Source: Minisyncoccota bacterium (GTDB lineage: Bacteria > Patescibacteriota > Minisyncoccia > Phycocordibacterales > JAQTLZ01). From it: a DNA stretch of 59,911 nt. The notes beneath the pieces are model-generated. The model searched no databases. It was not told the DNA's origin and saw only the letters and a list, made by a program, of their open reading frames with translations. The stretch spans positions 1 to 59,911 of the forward strand of contig JAQTLZ010000005.1 in NCBI GenBank assembly GCA_028714635.1, written 5' to 3'. Within the stretch, counting starts at the first letter, position 1, and the number at the start of each line of letters is the position of its first letter. Below, one piece after another: positions 16,101-25,305 of this stretch. Made by a program: the position numbers and the translations under genes.

Positions 16101-16378
16101 ACGTGAACGAGGTAAAGGAGTTTTTTACCAATGAGAATAGTTTGGAGAGCCGGGACAGTAGTGACTCCGTACTTCTTCAATGTCAGAGCTTTGGTCAGAG
16201 GACCAAAAGGACCGACAACACCAGGAGGAAGAATGCTTGCTTGGTAAGCGTGAATTCTTGCATCCGAAACTGCCGCGTGTACTGGCAAAGCAAATGAAAA
16301 AGCGAGCGCGGCTAGCGCCAAAATTCCTCCTATTATTGCAACGATTCTTGCTGGATTAACAGCGTGTGAATGACTCAT
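13166..16378 (-). CDS. giant secreted surface protein with PG-binding-like N-domain, Cys loops, Gly linker, Ig-like (Big_2/IPT-like) and FN3-like modules; ends in VLESFGHLLGF
   Basis: Signal peptide ending VHA-AV. Repeated Ig/FN3-like sequence patterns (LSLYWSGATDN...YTFSITATD), an internal 96-aa duplicated module, and a conserved C-terminal tag. Confidence 0.85.
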   Translation of the reverse strand: MSHSHAVNPARIVAIIGGILALAALAFSFALPVHAAVSDARIHAYQASILPPGVVGPFGPLTKALTLKKYGVTTVPALQTILIGKKLLYLVHVTSLFGPLTIEAVIRDFEAGGTVSGNFPPGCTSASGYSTLTGFACVSLPGGGTGPCSGGALFNNITGASCFASLPAGCTLTTKYSPLSGSLCVASGGGSGGGGGGGSGGHSGGSYTPVFSSIELTTSSSLTVGTNGTIQFTATAKDQKNNDLRTQPSSFTWYATGGTINSSGLFRAPSSITGTSLPVTVSAYSGTIIGTKEVTVSNAAQVFTSISVTPETASVTVNGTQQFTATALDQFTHALSTQPAYSWTTTAGTISSGGLLTAPGTARTVTVTASSGGKSDTATVTVNATSAPTITSVSPTSVTAGVATPAVISGTNFSTDAAHPNLITLVNTANGTPYQTQASSANGTSLSYTIPAVVAGTYSLSVSIVGGTNSSNSKTITVNATGTPTPSVTLTVAASSLPSGNGTYLTWTSSNVTSCTGTNFTTANGSVTSGATYNSTGIYTGLLTQSKTYTITCTGSYGTVTDSKTVTITTTPSAPTITSVSPTSVTAGVATPAVISGTNFSTDAAHPNLITLVNTANGTPYQTQASSANGTSLSYTIPAVVAGTYSLSVSIIGGTNSSNSKTITVNATGGGADVTAPTSPTSFTASGIGNNSLSLYWSGATDNTGGSGVASYTITRSPSGTGSTLTFNGASNSGTGVASLSACTTYTFSITATDGAGNVSSPAKTVTATTTGCPTTASIDVAGSTSLTQNTTYTYTFTAKNASGVALSPQPAFDYFTSSVSGTIGGTAGAATRTYTPTATGSGMLTIHSADGVYKYVNITVGPAADTTAPVWSGSSTFTTSNVTSNSLTLNWSGASDNSGGTVNYQITSSPNSSVNGNQISGPVGSMNVTGLTAGVTYTFSIDPIDNSGNVGIRKSFPPVTTPATPSISSISPGSGHPGTMVTINGPVAFPYGTVYFGNYSSVTGTVNGNNVTFQVPTGAPIGSYVIKVYIGGTAQFTNTAVFNVTSLSVAPTTSSVASVLESFGHLLGF
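14376..14664 (-). repeat. 289-bp intragenic direct repeat, copy 1
   Basis: Identical to 14937-15225 except for two substitutions. Encodes the IPT-like module PTITSVSPTSVTAGVATPAVISGTNFS... Confidence 0.9.
14937..15225 (-). repeat. 289-bp intragenic direct repeat, copy 2
   Basis: Offset by 561 nt (187 codons) from copy 1, with 2 mismatches in 289. Confidence 0.9.
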
Positions 16379-16467
16379 AATAATTTTATGATTGTTAATA
16401 AAAAAAATACTCCTTTGCTTTAATAGTACCTCTTCAGAGACTTAAATGATAATCGGTTTTCCACAAG

Positions 16468-16496
16468 AAAAACCGCCTTATTTATTGGCGGTTTTT
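16468..16496 (-). terminator. intrinsic terminator after the 16526-19114 gene
   Basis: accgcc-ttatttatt-ggcggt stem with a T-run on the minus strand. Confidence 0.7.
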
Positions 16497-16525
16497 CTTG
16501 TTTCTAGCTATTACTGACACCCCAC

Positions 16526-19114
16526 CTATTGCAAAGTAACACGCACTAGAGGAGAGATAATGTCTCCAGCATTTGTCTGTATCCAGAGAGACCCAGCACC
16601 CTTTGGCCAAGTACTTGGTATGTTTACAGTGGTTGTTTTCGGTGCAGTACCGCTATTACTGAGCAGGAATAATTGATGGCTAATTCCGCCTAAATCTTGA
16701 TAAATACCCTTGATGTTACTGACACGAACATCATCGCAATATTTTACTTCATGATTTCCAACTGCCCACGTTGTATTTTGAGAAGGTGTGACAATACTCA
16801 ATACCCCAGATGTACACGCGTCTTGAGCAAGTACAGATATCGATGGCGTAGAACATGTGACTGTCTGACCGCCAGAGGTGACTTTTACTGACTCGGTGTA
16901 AGACCCCGGAGTGGTGTAGGTTATGTTGAATATATTATTATCTGTTGGAGATCTGTAAGAACCACTAAACAACCATTCGTAGGAATAAGATCCACTGCCC
17001 CCACTTGCAGTTGCTGTAAATGTAATTGACTGGGTCACTTTCGCACTCGAAGGTGTCGCAGAGACAGAGCAAGAGAGGGGTGTGCCACTACCTGCACTCG
17101 TAGTTGTCACTGTAACCGTCTTCTCTACACTGACATTGCCCGCCGCATCTTTAGCTGTAATTGTGAAAGTATATCTAGTTCCAGGAGAAAGACCCGTAAC
17201 ACCCGTACCGCTATAAGCACCGTTGGGAGTGAGGGTGCTACCGCTACCGCCTGGGTCACGAGTGATGGTGTAGCCTGTGACTCCCACATTATCGGTAGCA
17301 CCGCTCCATTGAAGCGAGAGACTATTGGCGCCAACACCATACGCAGTAAAGCTTGTGGGAGGAGTTGGTCGAGTGGTATCTGACCCGGCATTGATCGAGA
17401 ATGAATTGTTGCTTTCATCGCACACGTTACGATCTTCATCACATACTTTTACCTTGAACGATCCGCTCCAAGAGGAATTAATATTGAGCTTAGTGTAATT
17501 ATTTACATTAGGTTGATTCGTAACATTCCCCGCCACAGTTCTGGAAATAAGAGCTGAAGTGAATGCGTCTGCACCAGAAGAGTTAAGAAGATGAATCCTG
17601 ATATGGCTTGCGTCCAGATTCAGACCAAACAAGACAGGAATGATTCCATTTGAGGTTACGAAACGATCTCCCCCATTCGGACTAATGACCGTAATTGATT
17701 GGGTATCTCCCCCAGGAATCGTCAAAGTCCCGCTATTGCTCGTACCCTTGCTGTTAGTAACGGACACCGTATGATTTCCAGAAGAAGGAAGAGGAGAGAG
17801 AGTAAAGAGAAAACCCGCTGAACTCTGGAGAGAACCGGAAATCGGTGATCTACTGTCAAAATTGACTTTCGTGTCAGAAGTAAACCGAGAACCATTAATA
17901 TAATACATTCCGACTACTCCTGTTGTAGAGACAGAAGTTATGGAAGGAGGCAAATCAGTTGTTGATGATACAACATTTACTGTTATCGATTTCGTGAAGC
18001 TTGGATGAAGAGAGTCAGAAAGATTTATACAAGTGATGCTGTAGGTGTATGTCTGTCCTAGAGAAAGAGAAGACTTGGACTCACTCCCGGAAGCAAGACC
18101 GGACCCGCTCCAACTTCCAGATTTTGTACAAAGTGCTACCGGGTCTGTATGAACTGGATCATTTAATTTCCAAGCAAGCGTGACTGAATCAGTCGGCAAT
18201 ACTGAAATGGATGAGACAGCCTGGCCATTTGCGGTGAATGAGAGAGAGGCGGTGGAATTGCCTCCGTCACCCCCTGATATTACCGGAGGAGGAATATCTG
18301 CTGTCTGACTTGCTGGGAGACGAACTACGCGGATGGTATCGGCGAGTGTCACACCACTAGAGAGAGTAAATTTCACATTGTATACTCCAACCGCTGGGTA
18401 AGTGTGGCTTAAGACAAAGTTAGTCGCAGTTGTCTCTACAGTACTGTCTACATGAGATGTCTTCCCATCTCCCCAATTTATATCCACACCCGATTTTAAT
18501 GCAGTCTGTGTTCTTCCTTCAAGCTCCCATACTGCTACTTTGCCAGCTTGGGCGCTCCCTGGACGCTTGAAATCAACAAAGCATTCAGTAAGACCCGTAG
18601 AGTGACCAAGCCCCGTACTTGGCGGAGGACAGACTACGATCGCGCTGAAACGAAGGGACGAAGCAGCACCGCCATAAGGCAAAAGAGGATTGGTTCGTAC
18701 AAGAACGTGTGAAGACAAATCTTTTCCATTTGGAATCACCGGAACAGAAGGGGCGCTCGAAGAAGTTCCTGAAAAAGTCGGGGTAATCTTGTGCTGGCCA
18801 GGTTTTGTGTACTTATGAGTACGCGTAAAAACTTCTTTCCGGTCGGAAGATTGAGCCTGCAAAACTCCTTTTTCATCTGCCGTCCCCTGTTCACCCCAAT
18901 CTATGTTCCAAGAGACCGCCACACCCCCGGGGACAAGAAGCTCTAACGCAACTGTTTCAATCCCGTTTATAGGCAGAGCTCTTTGGCTCACGACATAAGG
19001 AACCGAAACGGAATTTGTTGCAGTGCCTACCGCTCCGGCAATACTCACAAAAGCGGAAAGGCCCAAGACAAGAAGGGATGCTCCTAATCCAAGAGTTGAT
19101 AGATATTTCTTCAT
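16526..19114 (-). CDS. giant secreted surface protein with PKD-like and FN3-like modules
   Basis: Signal peptide. PKD-like NIDWGEQG/INWGDGKTS...HTYPAVGVYNV motifs and an FN3 module (LSLQWSGATDNVGVTGYTITRDP). No C-terminal tag. Confidence 0.85.
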   Translation of the reverse strand: MKKYLSTLGLGASLLVLGLSAFVSIAGAVGTATNSVSVPYVVSQRALPINGIETVALELLVPGGVAVSWNIDWGEQGTADEKGVLQAQSSDRKEVFTRTHKYTKPGQHKITPTFSGTSSSAPSVPVIPNGKDLSSHVLVRTNPLLPYGGAASSLRFSAIVVCPPPSTGLGHSTGLTECFVDFKRPGSAQAGKVAVWELEGRTQTALKSGVDINWGDGKTSHVDSTVETTATNFVLSHTYPAVGVYNVKFTLSSGVTLADTIRVVRLPASQTADIPPPVISGGDGGNSTASLSFTANGQAVSSISVLPTDSVTLAWKLNDPVHTDPVALCTKSGSWSGSGLASGSESKSSLSLGQTYTYSITCINLSDSLHPSFTKSITVNVVSSTTDLPPSITSVSTTGVVGMYYINGSRFTSDTKVNFDSRSPISGSLQSSAGFLFTLSPLPSSGNHTVSVTNSKGTSNSGTLTIPGGDTQSITVISPNGGDRFVTSNGIIPVLFGLNLDASHIRIHLLNSSGADAFTSALISRTVAGNVTNQPNVNNYTKLNINSSWSGSFKVKVCDEDRNVCDESNNSFSINAGSDTTRPTPPTSFTAYGVGANSLSLQWSGATDNVGVTGYTITRDPGGSGSTLTPNGAYSGTGVTGLSPGTRYTFTITAKDAAGNVSVEKTVTVTTTSAGSGTPLSCSVSATPSSAKVTQSITFTATASGGSGSYSYEWLFSGSYRSPTDNNIFNITYTTPGSYTESVKVTSGGQTVTCSTPSISVLAQDACTSGVLSIVTPSQNTTWAVGNHEVKYCDDVRVSNIKGIYQDLGGISHQLFLLSNSGTAPKTTTVNIPSTWPKGAGSLWIQTNAGDIISPLVRVTLQ

Positions 19115-19199
19115 ACAAAAATGATACTTAGTAATAAATATGACTCAATACATTATATACATCCCTTATAAAAACGCATCCACAACCAAACCCCGGCGA

Positions 19200-22109
19200 T
19201 TAGAATCCCAATAAATGACCAAAAGCTTCGAGAATCGAGGCCGTCGCTTCCGCAAGATTTTTTTGATAGAAATAGGAGCTAGGACCGCTTACCATTCCTC
19301 CCCCACTATATGAAGGGAAAGTTGTAGTATAAGTCGAGACTGCGGAGTAGGTGGGAATCGCGGTCGCACTTGCTGCCGTAGTATGGGTAGGTGCTGCAGT
19401 CACAGTGGGCGGAATGGTTGAGGTTGCCCCGCCTCCGCTTGTGGAGAATGAAACAGAATCTGATGAGGGATTATTTGAAAGATCATAAACTAGTACGGTA
19501 AGAATATGCTCACCTGCAGAGCCCGGATTAAAAGAATAACTAAATGGCGCGGAAGTGTCGTTTCCGATAAAACTATCGTCAATGTAAAAGTCTGCTTTAG
19601 CCACTCCAACATTATCAGAAGCGCTAATAGAGACAGTCACTATTCCGGAGACAGTGGCGTCTGAAGCGGGATAAGTAATGGAAACAGTTGGAGGTGTTGT
19701 ATCTGGGACAGTTCCCGAAGTGGCTGTCGGAGCAGCTGTCGGAGCAGCCGTGGGTTGCGGTGTCGTAGTGGTTCTATTGGTGCCCGAACTTCCCCCTCCG
19801 CCACTGTGACGAATTGCGGTTGGAGCGGGATTAGAATATGAGTTATTTACATTCCCATTGGTAGCAGAATCGGGAACTGTGGTATTAGGATTGGAATATG
19901 AAGTTGAGGTGTTCGAAATTCCTGAACCGCAACTGCAGGCTTGAATCCCACCATCTCTACCAGGTTCCCCTTTACTACGACTGACAGGAGTAAATGCATA
20001 TCTGCCTTTACTGTCATACCCTTTTGTATAGCAATATATATTTTTCTTCTCGCAGTCATTATCCGGAGAACATTGCTTAGTAGGGATGTCTTTACAAAAA
20101 TCTGTTAGGCTTGGGTACGACCTATGCGCCCTATCCGCTTCAGGTTGCGTTGAGTTCTGGCCAAGATTCGAATATGTCATTATTTGATTCGAATCACACG
20201 GACTTGCTGTATATTTGGGTTTACAACTGGAAGGACCTTTGTTTGAATTTCCAGAACCTGAACCAGAACCAGGAGTTCCGTCTGTTCCACTTGAACCACC
20301 ATCAGCCGGCCCTCCAGTTGCTGGAGAATTATCAGCTGGTGGAGCGGTGTCTGCCGGAGTTGTATCGGCCGGAGGAGTGTCTGCGGGAGGACAGATAAAA
20401 GGTCCGATGGGTCCAAGAAGATCAGGCCAAATAGGCTCTATATGATTTTTGAAAAAGGGACATAAAAAACCTTGATCGGTTTCGTCCTCCAGTGTTGCAG
20501 GAGGTTCTTCCGCGGCAGGAGGAAACTTTCCGATATCATCTTTTGGAGTTTCAGGTTCCGGAGCAGAAGGTTCTTGTGCAGTCGCGTCATCGGGTGGCGC
20601 AGAAGTTCCATCATCTGGCGGGGCATCAGCGGATGGTTCATCTGTAGCTGGAGTATTATCATCAGGCGGTGGTGGCGGGACTTTATCTGGAGGAACATTC
20701 AGCGATGGAGGAGGAAACATCCCACTATTCCCCGGCTCTGTGATATCGGGAGGTTCTACGGGTTCTGGAAAATCATTAGGCGGAACACCCTGAAGGCCTG
20801 GGGGATTCTGAGCGGGCGGTGGTGGAGGTGAAATTGGCAGAGGCAGTATACTTGCTGGCGGGCAATATTGAAGAGGAGGATTGAGGAGAGGAATCCTGTA
20901 ACATCCTGGATCAGCGCTTACAACTGCATTACTAGTATCATCGCTCACGGGCTTCTCGATAACTGTCACAGAATCTTTCTCCTCATCAAAAGCTTCCGGC
21001 GCTTTCGCGCTGACTTTTATATTAGGAAAGTAGATACCAGGCTCCCCATAACTACAAGTAGGAAAACTAAAACTTGTTTCTGAAGTATCGATTGGCCCAT
21101 TTGTATCTCCATCACCACACGAGTAGGTCATTGTGTATGGTGGGTCTTGGTCAGTTACCCAAGTAGCAATGACGTACGACGGATCTCTCACAAAGATTTT
21201 GTCAGGAGTATGGGGATTCGCGACGAGAGTTACACTTAAAAAAGGTCCGCTAACAACAGTGACACCCGCTTTCCCTACAACTTTCCCACTTGTCGCAATC
21301 ACATCGCAATCTCCGACTTTATTACCGCTATAGTGCCCCTTTTCATCAATACCCACGCAAGTCCCAGAAGTCCATTTAATTGCAGGAATTAGCCCTGTAA
21401 ATTTTTGTCCATTTTGATCTTTAGGTTCAGCTGTGGCATCACCGCCTCCATTTAAAGCTATTTTGGGAGGATATGCAGCTACCTTAAGCGAGGAAAAAAC
21501 GGGTGTCCCCACAAATTCCCATTTTCCGTTGGCACCCTTTCTTAAATCTCCTTGATGGACACCTTTGTCGGGGAATTTATCATTTATAAGTCCAGATACG
21601 GTTGGTCCGTCAGTTTCACCTTTTCTAGTAATAGGATCGAAAGCCCCATTTCCCAAGAAATGAAAGCTGAAGCCCCCGTTTGGTGGAGAGCCATACAATG
21701 CAACTGATTTATTTAGTATCGTTATCTTATCTCTCGCATGACTATTTAAATATTGAAGCATCAAATCCTCGAATTTTTTCTCGTCAATGCATTCGTTTTT
21801 GTTTGGATCTGCTATTTTGACTTGTTTAGATGATCCATCCCATCCCATAATACAGACTTGCCCTTTTTCGGTAACTCTGTACCCCAACATCACTACGGTA
21901 TAGTCTGTACCTCCAACAGTAGTATATATAAATATGAGCGGCCCGAAGATATGCTGTTCTCCATTCGCGTCAATCAATATCTTGTCGAGTATATGATCTC
22001 CTGGTGCAAAGACTTGGGGAGGTAAAACGTCGGCTCGGGCAACTCCAGAGAAGGAAAGAAAAAAAACTAGCGAAAGAAATACTAGAGAAAAGATCCTTGT
22101 CTTTTGCAT
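19200..22109 (-). CDS. giant secreted surface protein with Pro-rich linker, Cys-rich region and Ig-like domain; ends in ILEAFGHLLGF
   Basis: Signal peptide ending ARA-DV. Roughly 200 aa of P/D/T-rich low complexity, an Ig-like TPPTVSITYPASDATVSG...DNVGV module, and the conserved C-terminal tag. Confidence 0.85.
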   Translation of the reverse strand: MQKTRIFSLVFLSLVFFLSFSGVARADVLPPQVFAPGDHILDKILIDANGEQHIFGPLIFIYTTVGGTDYTVVMLGYRVTEKGQVCIMGWDGSSKQVKIADPNKNECIDEKKFEDLMLQYLNSHARDKITILNKSVALYGSPPNGGFSFHFLGNGAFDPITRKGETDGPTVSGLINDKFPDKGVHQGDLRKGANGKWEFVGTPVFSSLKVAAYPPKIALNGGGDATAEPKDQNGQKFTGLIPAIKWTSGTCVGIDEKGHYSGNKVGDCDVIATSGKVVGKAGVTVVSGPFLSVTLVANPHTPDKIFVRDPSYVIATWVTDQDPPYTMTYSCGDGDTNGPIDTSETSFSFPTCSYGEPGIYFPNIKVSAKAPEAFDEEKDSVTVIEKPVSDDTSNAVVSADPGCYRIPLLNPPLQYCPPASILPLPISPPPPPAQNPPGLQGVPPNDFPEPVEPPDITEPGNSGMFPPPSLNVPPDKVPPPPPDDNTPATDEPSADAPPDDGTSAPPDDATAQEPSAPEPETPKDDIGKFPPAAEEPPATLEDETDQGFLCPFFKNHIEPIWPDLLGPIGPFICPPADTPPADTTPADTAPPADNSPATGGPADGGSSGTDGTPGSGSGSGNSNKGPSSCKPKYTASPCDSNQIMTYSNLGQNSTQPEADRAHRSYPSLTDFCKDIPTKQCSPDNDCEKKNIYCYTKGYDSKGRYAFTPVSRSKGEPGRDGGIQACSCGSGISNTSTSYSNPNTTVPDSATNGNVNNSYSNPAPTAIRHSGGGGSSGTNRTTTTPQPTAAPTAAPTATSGTVPDTTPPTVSITYPASDATVSGIVTVSISASDNVGVAKADFYIDDSFIGNDTSAPFSYSFNPGSAGEHILTVLVYDLSNNPSSDSVSFSTSGGGATSTIPPTVTAAPTHTTAASATAIPTYSAVSTYTTTFPSYSGGGMVSGPSSYFYQKNLAEATASILEAFGHLLGF

Positions 22110-22184
22110 TCTTTTATTTTAGCAACTCTAGCTCTTCCTGTCTCACAACATGTGTGTACAAGTATAAAAATTCTGCTAAATAAT

Positions 22185-22210
22185 AAAACCACGCTTTTGG
22201 CGTGGCTTTT
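22185..22210 (-). terminator. intrinsic terminator after the 22231-22773 gene
   Basis: ccacgc-ttttg-gcgtgg stem flanked by A and T runs. Confidence 0.65.
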
Positions 22211-22230
22211 GCGATGAGTGAGTTGTAACC

Positions 22231-22773
22231 TCACTGCGAAGAGGTGAATTCCAGTTTTGAGAACTGGGTTTCATCGTCACCGTAGATATAATCGGGACTT
22301 TGCTCGGCCTCCATTATCTCTTGAAGGTCTTCGGGTGTCTCTGTGAGAGCAAAAGCGTCTGAACGCTTGCTCTCTTTCGTGCTATAGACCCAGCGGACCT
22401 TTATCGTTCCATCCTTCTGGAGACGCACCCGATAGACAACCGCCGAACGCTCGGACTTCTTGTCGCTGTTACCGACACCAGTAAGACACTCGAATCGGAA
22501 AAAGGTGTCGCCACGAAACGAGGTCATCCAGCCACGGCACAATTCTCCCAATGTCAGCGTCCACTTGCCGTTAGAGCGGATTGCAGTGTAGACGAGAAGG
22601 CCGTAATCGTTTTCACCGAACCTCACTACCTGATAGAGGTGGTAGGGCTGGTCATCAAACAACAGGCTGTCGTTAGTCCAGATGCCAACGATACAGCTAG
22701 AGATCGGTTTCTCTTCCTCTGCGCGAACAAAAAAACATGCCACGAGAAGAAACATGATCATGAATGCTTTCAT
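22231..22773 (-). CDS. hypothetical secreted protein (GC-rich orphan)
   Basis: Start set at MKAFMIMFLLVACFFVRA, a signal peptide. A sampled 60-nt line is about 53 percent GC. Has its own promoter (22845-22873) and terminator (22185-22210). Confidence 0.6.
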   Translation of the reverse strand: MKAFMIMFLLVACFFVRAEEEKPISSCIVGIWTNDSLLFDDQPYHLYQVVRFGENDYGLLVYTAIRSNGKWTLTLGELCRGWMTSFRGDTFFRFECLTGVGNSDKKSERSAVVYRVRLQKDGTIKVRWVYSTKESKRSDAFALTETPEDLQEIMEAEQSPDYIYGDDETQFSKLEFTSSQ

Positions 22774-22844
22774 GAAATCCCCCTTTAAAGGTACTGCCCT
22801 GTTTCTTACTTGCATCGCTCGGAAACAGATCCTAAGCTATATTA

Positions 22845-22873
22845 ATTTAACAGTAAAATAGGCTTTTTGTCAA
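22845..22873 (-). promoter_or_regulatory. sigma70-like promoter, TTGACA-N17-TTAAAT, upstream of the 22231-22773 gene
   Basis: Hexamers read on the minus strand, immediately after the fusA terminator. Confidence 0.55.
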
Positions 22874-22888
22874 TGTTATCCACAGCAC

Positions 22889-22916
22889 GAAAAAAGGTCC
22901 TAGTAGGGCCTTTTTT
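22889..22916 (-). terminator. terminator-like hairpin after fusA and its 3-prime element
   Basis: aaaaaaggtcc-tagta-gggcctttttt. Confidence 0.6.
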
Positions 22917-22937
22917 CGTGCATGAGAGTAATAGAGA

Positions 22938-23059
22938 TTTTGTTTATTTTGAGATGAAATGCGAGGCGGAAGTGCGGCTTGCGCCTAAGCTGTAGTACTC
23001 CTACAGCGCAGAAGCAAACGCAAGCTTCCAACGAAGCAGTTCGCTCAAAATAAACAAAA
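22938..23059 (-). repeat. palindrome-closed 122-nt element abutting the fusA stop codon
   Basis: Perfect 16-bp inverted repeat ttttgtttattttgag (22938-22953) / ctcaaaataaacaaaa (23044-23059). Inner stems gcttgcg/cgcaagc and ctgtag/ctacag. Ends 2 nt from the fusA stop. Confidence 0.7.
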
Positions 23060-23061
23060 GA

Positions 23062-25215
23062 TTACTTTCTAGCTTCAATAATAGTAGTAGCCACATTCGG
23101 CGGTACAGCCTCATAGTGATCAAATTCCATCGTGTAGCTTGCTCGGCCTTCTGACATCGAGCGGAGAGTAGTGACGTAACTGAACATTTCAGCAAGCGGA
23201 ACTTTTGCATCAATCACTTTGTTCATTCCCCTCTCGCTCATACCATCGATCACCGCTCGCTTCGAACTCAAGTGTCCAGTGATGTCTCCCATGAATTTAT
23301 CAGGTGTGACAACTTCCACTTTCATAATCGGCTCAAGAATAACTGGCTTTGCTCGTTTTGCAGCATCTTGGAAAGCTTGCGAAGCGGCAATTTTGTAAGC
23401 GATTTCAGACGAGTCCACGTCGTGGTATGAACCGAAGGTAAGTTCACAAGAAACATTTACCATTTTGTATCCAGCAACAATTCCTCGCTCCATTGCTTCC
23501 TTCACACCTTTCTCAACAGCAGGAATAAATTCATTTGGGATAACACCTCCTTTAATATTGTCGATGAATTCAAATTCTTCTTCTCGGTGTACGTTCTTCG
23601 GAATTTTCTTTCCTTCTGCAAGCTCAAGCGGTTCAAGAGGTTTGATCGTAATGCGCACGTGTCCGTATTGTCCCTTACCTCCAGATTGTTTGATGTATTT
23701 GTGTTCAGCTTCAGCACTGCCCTGAATCGTTTCTTTGTATGCCACTTGAGGCTTGCCGACATTTGCTTCCACTCCGAATTCTCGTTTCATTCGGTCAACC
23801 ATGATCTCAAGCTGGAGCTCTCCCATACCTTTAATAACCGTCTCCCCTGTTTCAGAATCGGCAACCACTTTAAAAGTAGGATCTTCATCAGAAAGACGCT
23901 TCAAGGCAAATCCCATTTTCTCCTGGTCGGCTTTTGTCTTTGGTTCGATTCGAAGGGAGATCACCGGCTCCATGAATTTAATTCTTTCAAGAATGATTGG
24001 ATGATTTTCATCACAGAAGGTATCAGAAGTCTTTGCTTCTTTCAGTCCCACAGCAGCGGCAATTTCTCCAGCGAATACTTTCTTCACTTCTTCACGCTTG
24101 TCAGCCTGAAGTCTAACGATTCGGCCGAGTCTTTCTTTCTTTCCACTTGTGACGTTGTAGATGTATGAACCTGCTTCAAGTGTCCCAGAATAGACGCGGA
24201 AGAAAGTAAGCTGTCCAACGAATGGATCGCTTTGGAGTTTAAATGCGAGTGCAGCAAATGGTTCAGAATCATCAGCGTGTCGTTCAATAATCTGATCTGT
24301 ATTTGGATCAATTCCTTTAATAGGTGGAATATCGAGCGGAGATGGAAGATAATCAACGACGGCGTCGAGCACAAGCTGAACTCCTTTGTTTTTGAGTGCA
24401 GAACCGGTAAATACAGGAACGATTTCTACTTTGAGACACGCTTCTCGAAGAAGTTTTTTCAAAACATCCACAGGAGGAACTTTTCCTTCAAAATACTCAT
24501 TCATGAGTTTCTCATCTCGTTCAACGATCTTTTCTACGAGCTCATTTCGGTATTTCTGTGCAGATTCAAGATATTCGGCAGGAATTTCTTTTTCAACAAT
24601 AGTGCCTCCCATTTCTCCTTCGAAATAGAACGCTTTCATTTTAAGAAGATCGATAACTCCCTCGAATTTTTCTTCTTCTCCGATAGGAAGCTGCATTCGC
24701 ACAGCGTTTTTATTGAGACGATTGAGAATTGATTGGAATGATCGCTCGAAGCTTCCACCTGTTCGGTCGAGCTTGTTGATGAAACAGATTCGGGGCACGT
24801 TTCCTTCATCCGCGTATCTCCAGTTGGTTTCTGATTGGGGTTCCACACCGGCTACTCCGTCGAATACCACGACAGCACCGTCGAGCACGCGAAGAGATCG
24901 CTTCACTTCCACAGTAAAGTCGATGTGCCCTGGGGTATCGATAACATTGAAACGATATTTTGTTTCTTTCTTTGAGCGGTCTGGAAGATCGGTCTTGTTC
25001 CAGAAACAAGTAATCGCAGCGGCAGTAATCGTGATACCTCGTTCTCGTTCCTGTTCCATCCAGTCAGTCGTCGTCTCTCCTTCGTGCACCTCGCCGATCT
25101 TATGAATTTCTCCGGTGTAATACAAAATTCGCTCGGACGTGGTGGTCTTTCCGGCGTCGATGTGCGCGATGATTCCGAAGTTACGAACTTTTGCGAGTGG
25201 ATAGTCTCTTTCCAT
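23062..25215 (-). CDS. fusA: elongation factor G
   Basis: AHIDAGKTTTSERILYYTG, DTPGH and NKLDR motifs, 717 aa. Confidence 0.97.
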   Translation of the reverse strand: MERDYPLAKVRNFGIIAHIDAGKTTTSERILYYTGEIHKIGEVHEGETTTDWMEQERERGITITAAAITCFWNKTDLPDRSKKETKYRFNVIDTPGHIDFTVEVKRSLRVLDGAVVVFDGVAGVEPQSETNWRYADEGNVPRICFINKLDRTGGSFERSFQSILNRLNKNAVRMQLPIGEEEKFEGVIDLLKMKAFYFEGEMGGTIVEKEIPAEYLESAQKYRNELVEKIVERDEKLMNEYFEGKVPPVDVLKKLLREACLKVEIVPVFTGSALKNKGVQLVLDAVVDYLPSPLDIPPIKGIDPNTDQIIERHADDSEPFAALAFKLQSDPFVGQLTFFRVYSGTLEAGSYIYNVTSGKKERLGRIVRLQADKREEVKKVFAGEIAAAVGLKEAKTSDTFCDENHPIILERIKFMEPVISLRIEPKTKADQEKMGFALKRLSDEDPTFKVVADSETGETVIKGMGELQLEIMVDRMKREFGVEANVGKPQVAYKETIQGSAEAEHKYIKQSGGKGQYGHVRITIKPLEPLELAEGKKIPKNVHREEEFEFIDNIKGGVIPNEFIPAVEKGVKEAMERGIVAGYKMVNVSCELTFGSYHDVDSSEIAYKIAASQAFQDAAKRAKPVILEPIMKVEVVTPDKFMGDITGHLSSKRAVIDGMSERGMNKVIDAKVPLAEMFSYVTTLRSMSEGRASYTMEFDHYEAVPPNVATTIIEARK

Positions 25216-25305
25216 GATTTATTTGTAAATATAAAAAGCCCGAAGGCCCTGATTAACGTGACACTAGAGTACCGTAAAAGTTGAAAAAAAGCAAAGGGAA
25301 AAGTT

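Noticed and set aside
13166-22109. Island genes as a prophage or conjugative element
   Set aside because: No integrase, capsid, tail, relaxase or attachment-site repeats. The content is exclusively signal-peptide surface proteins.
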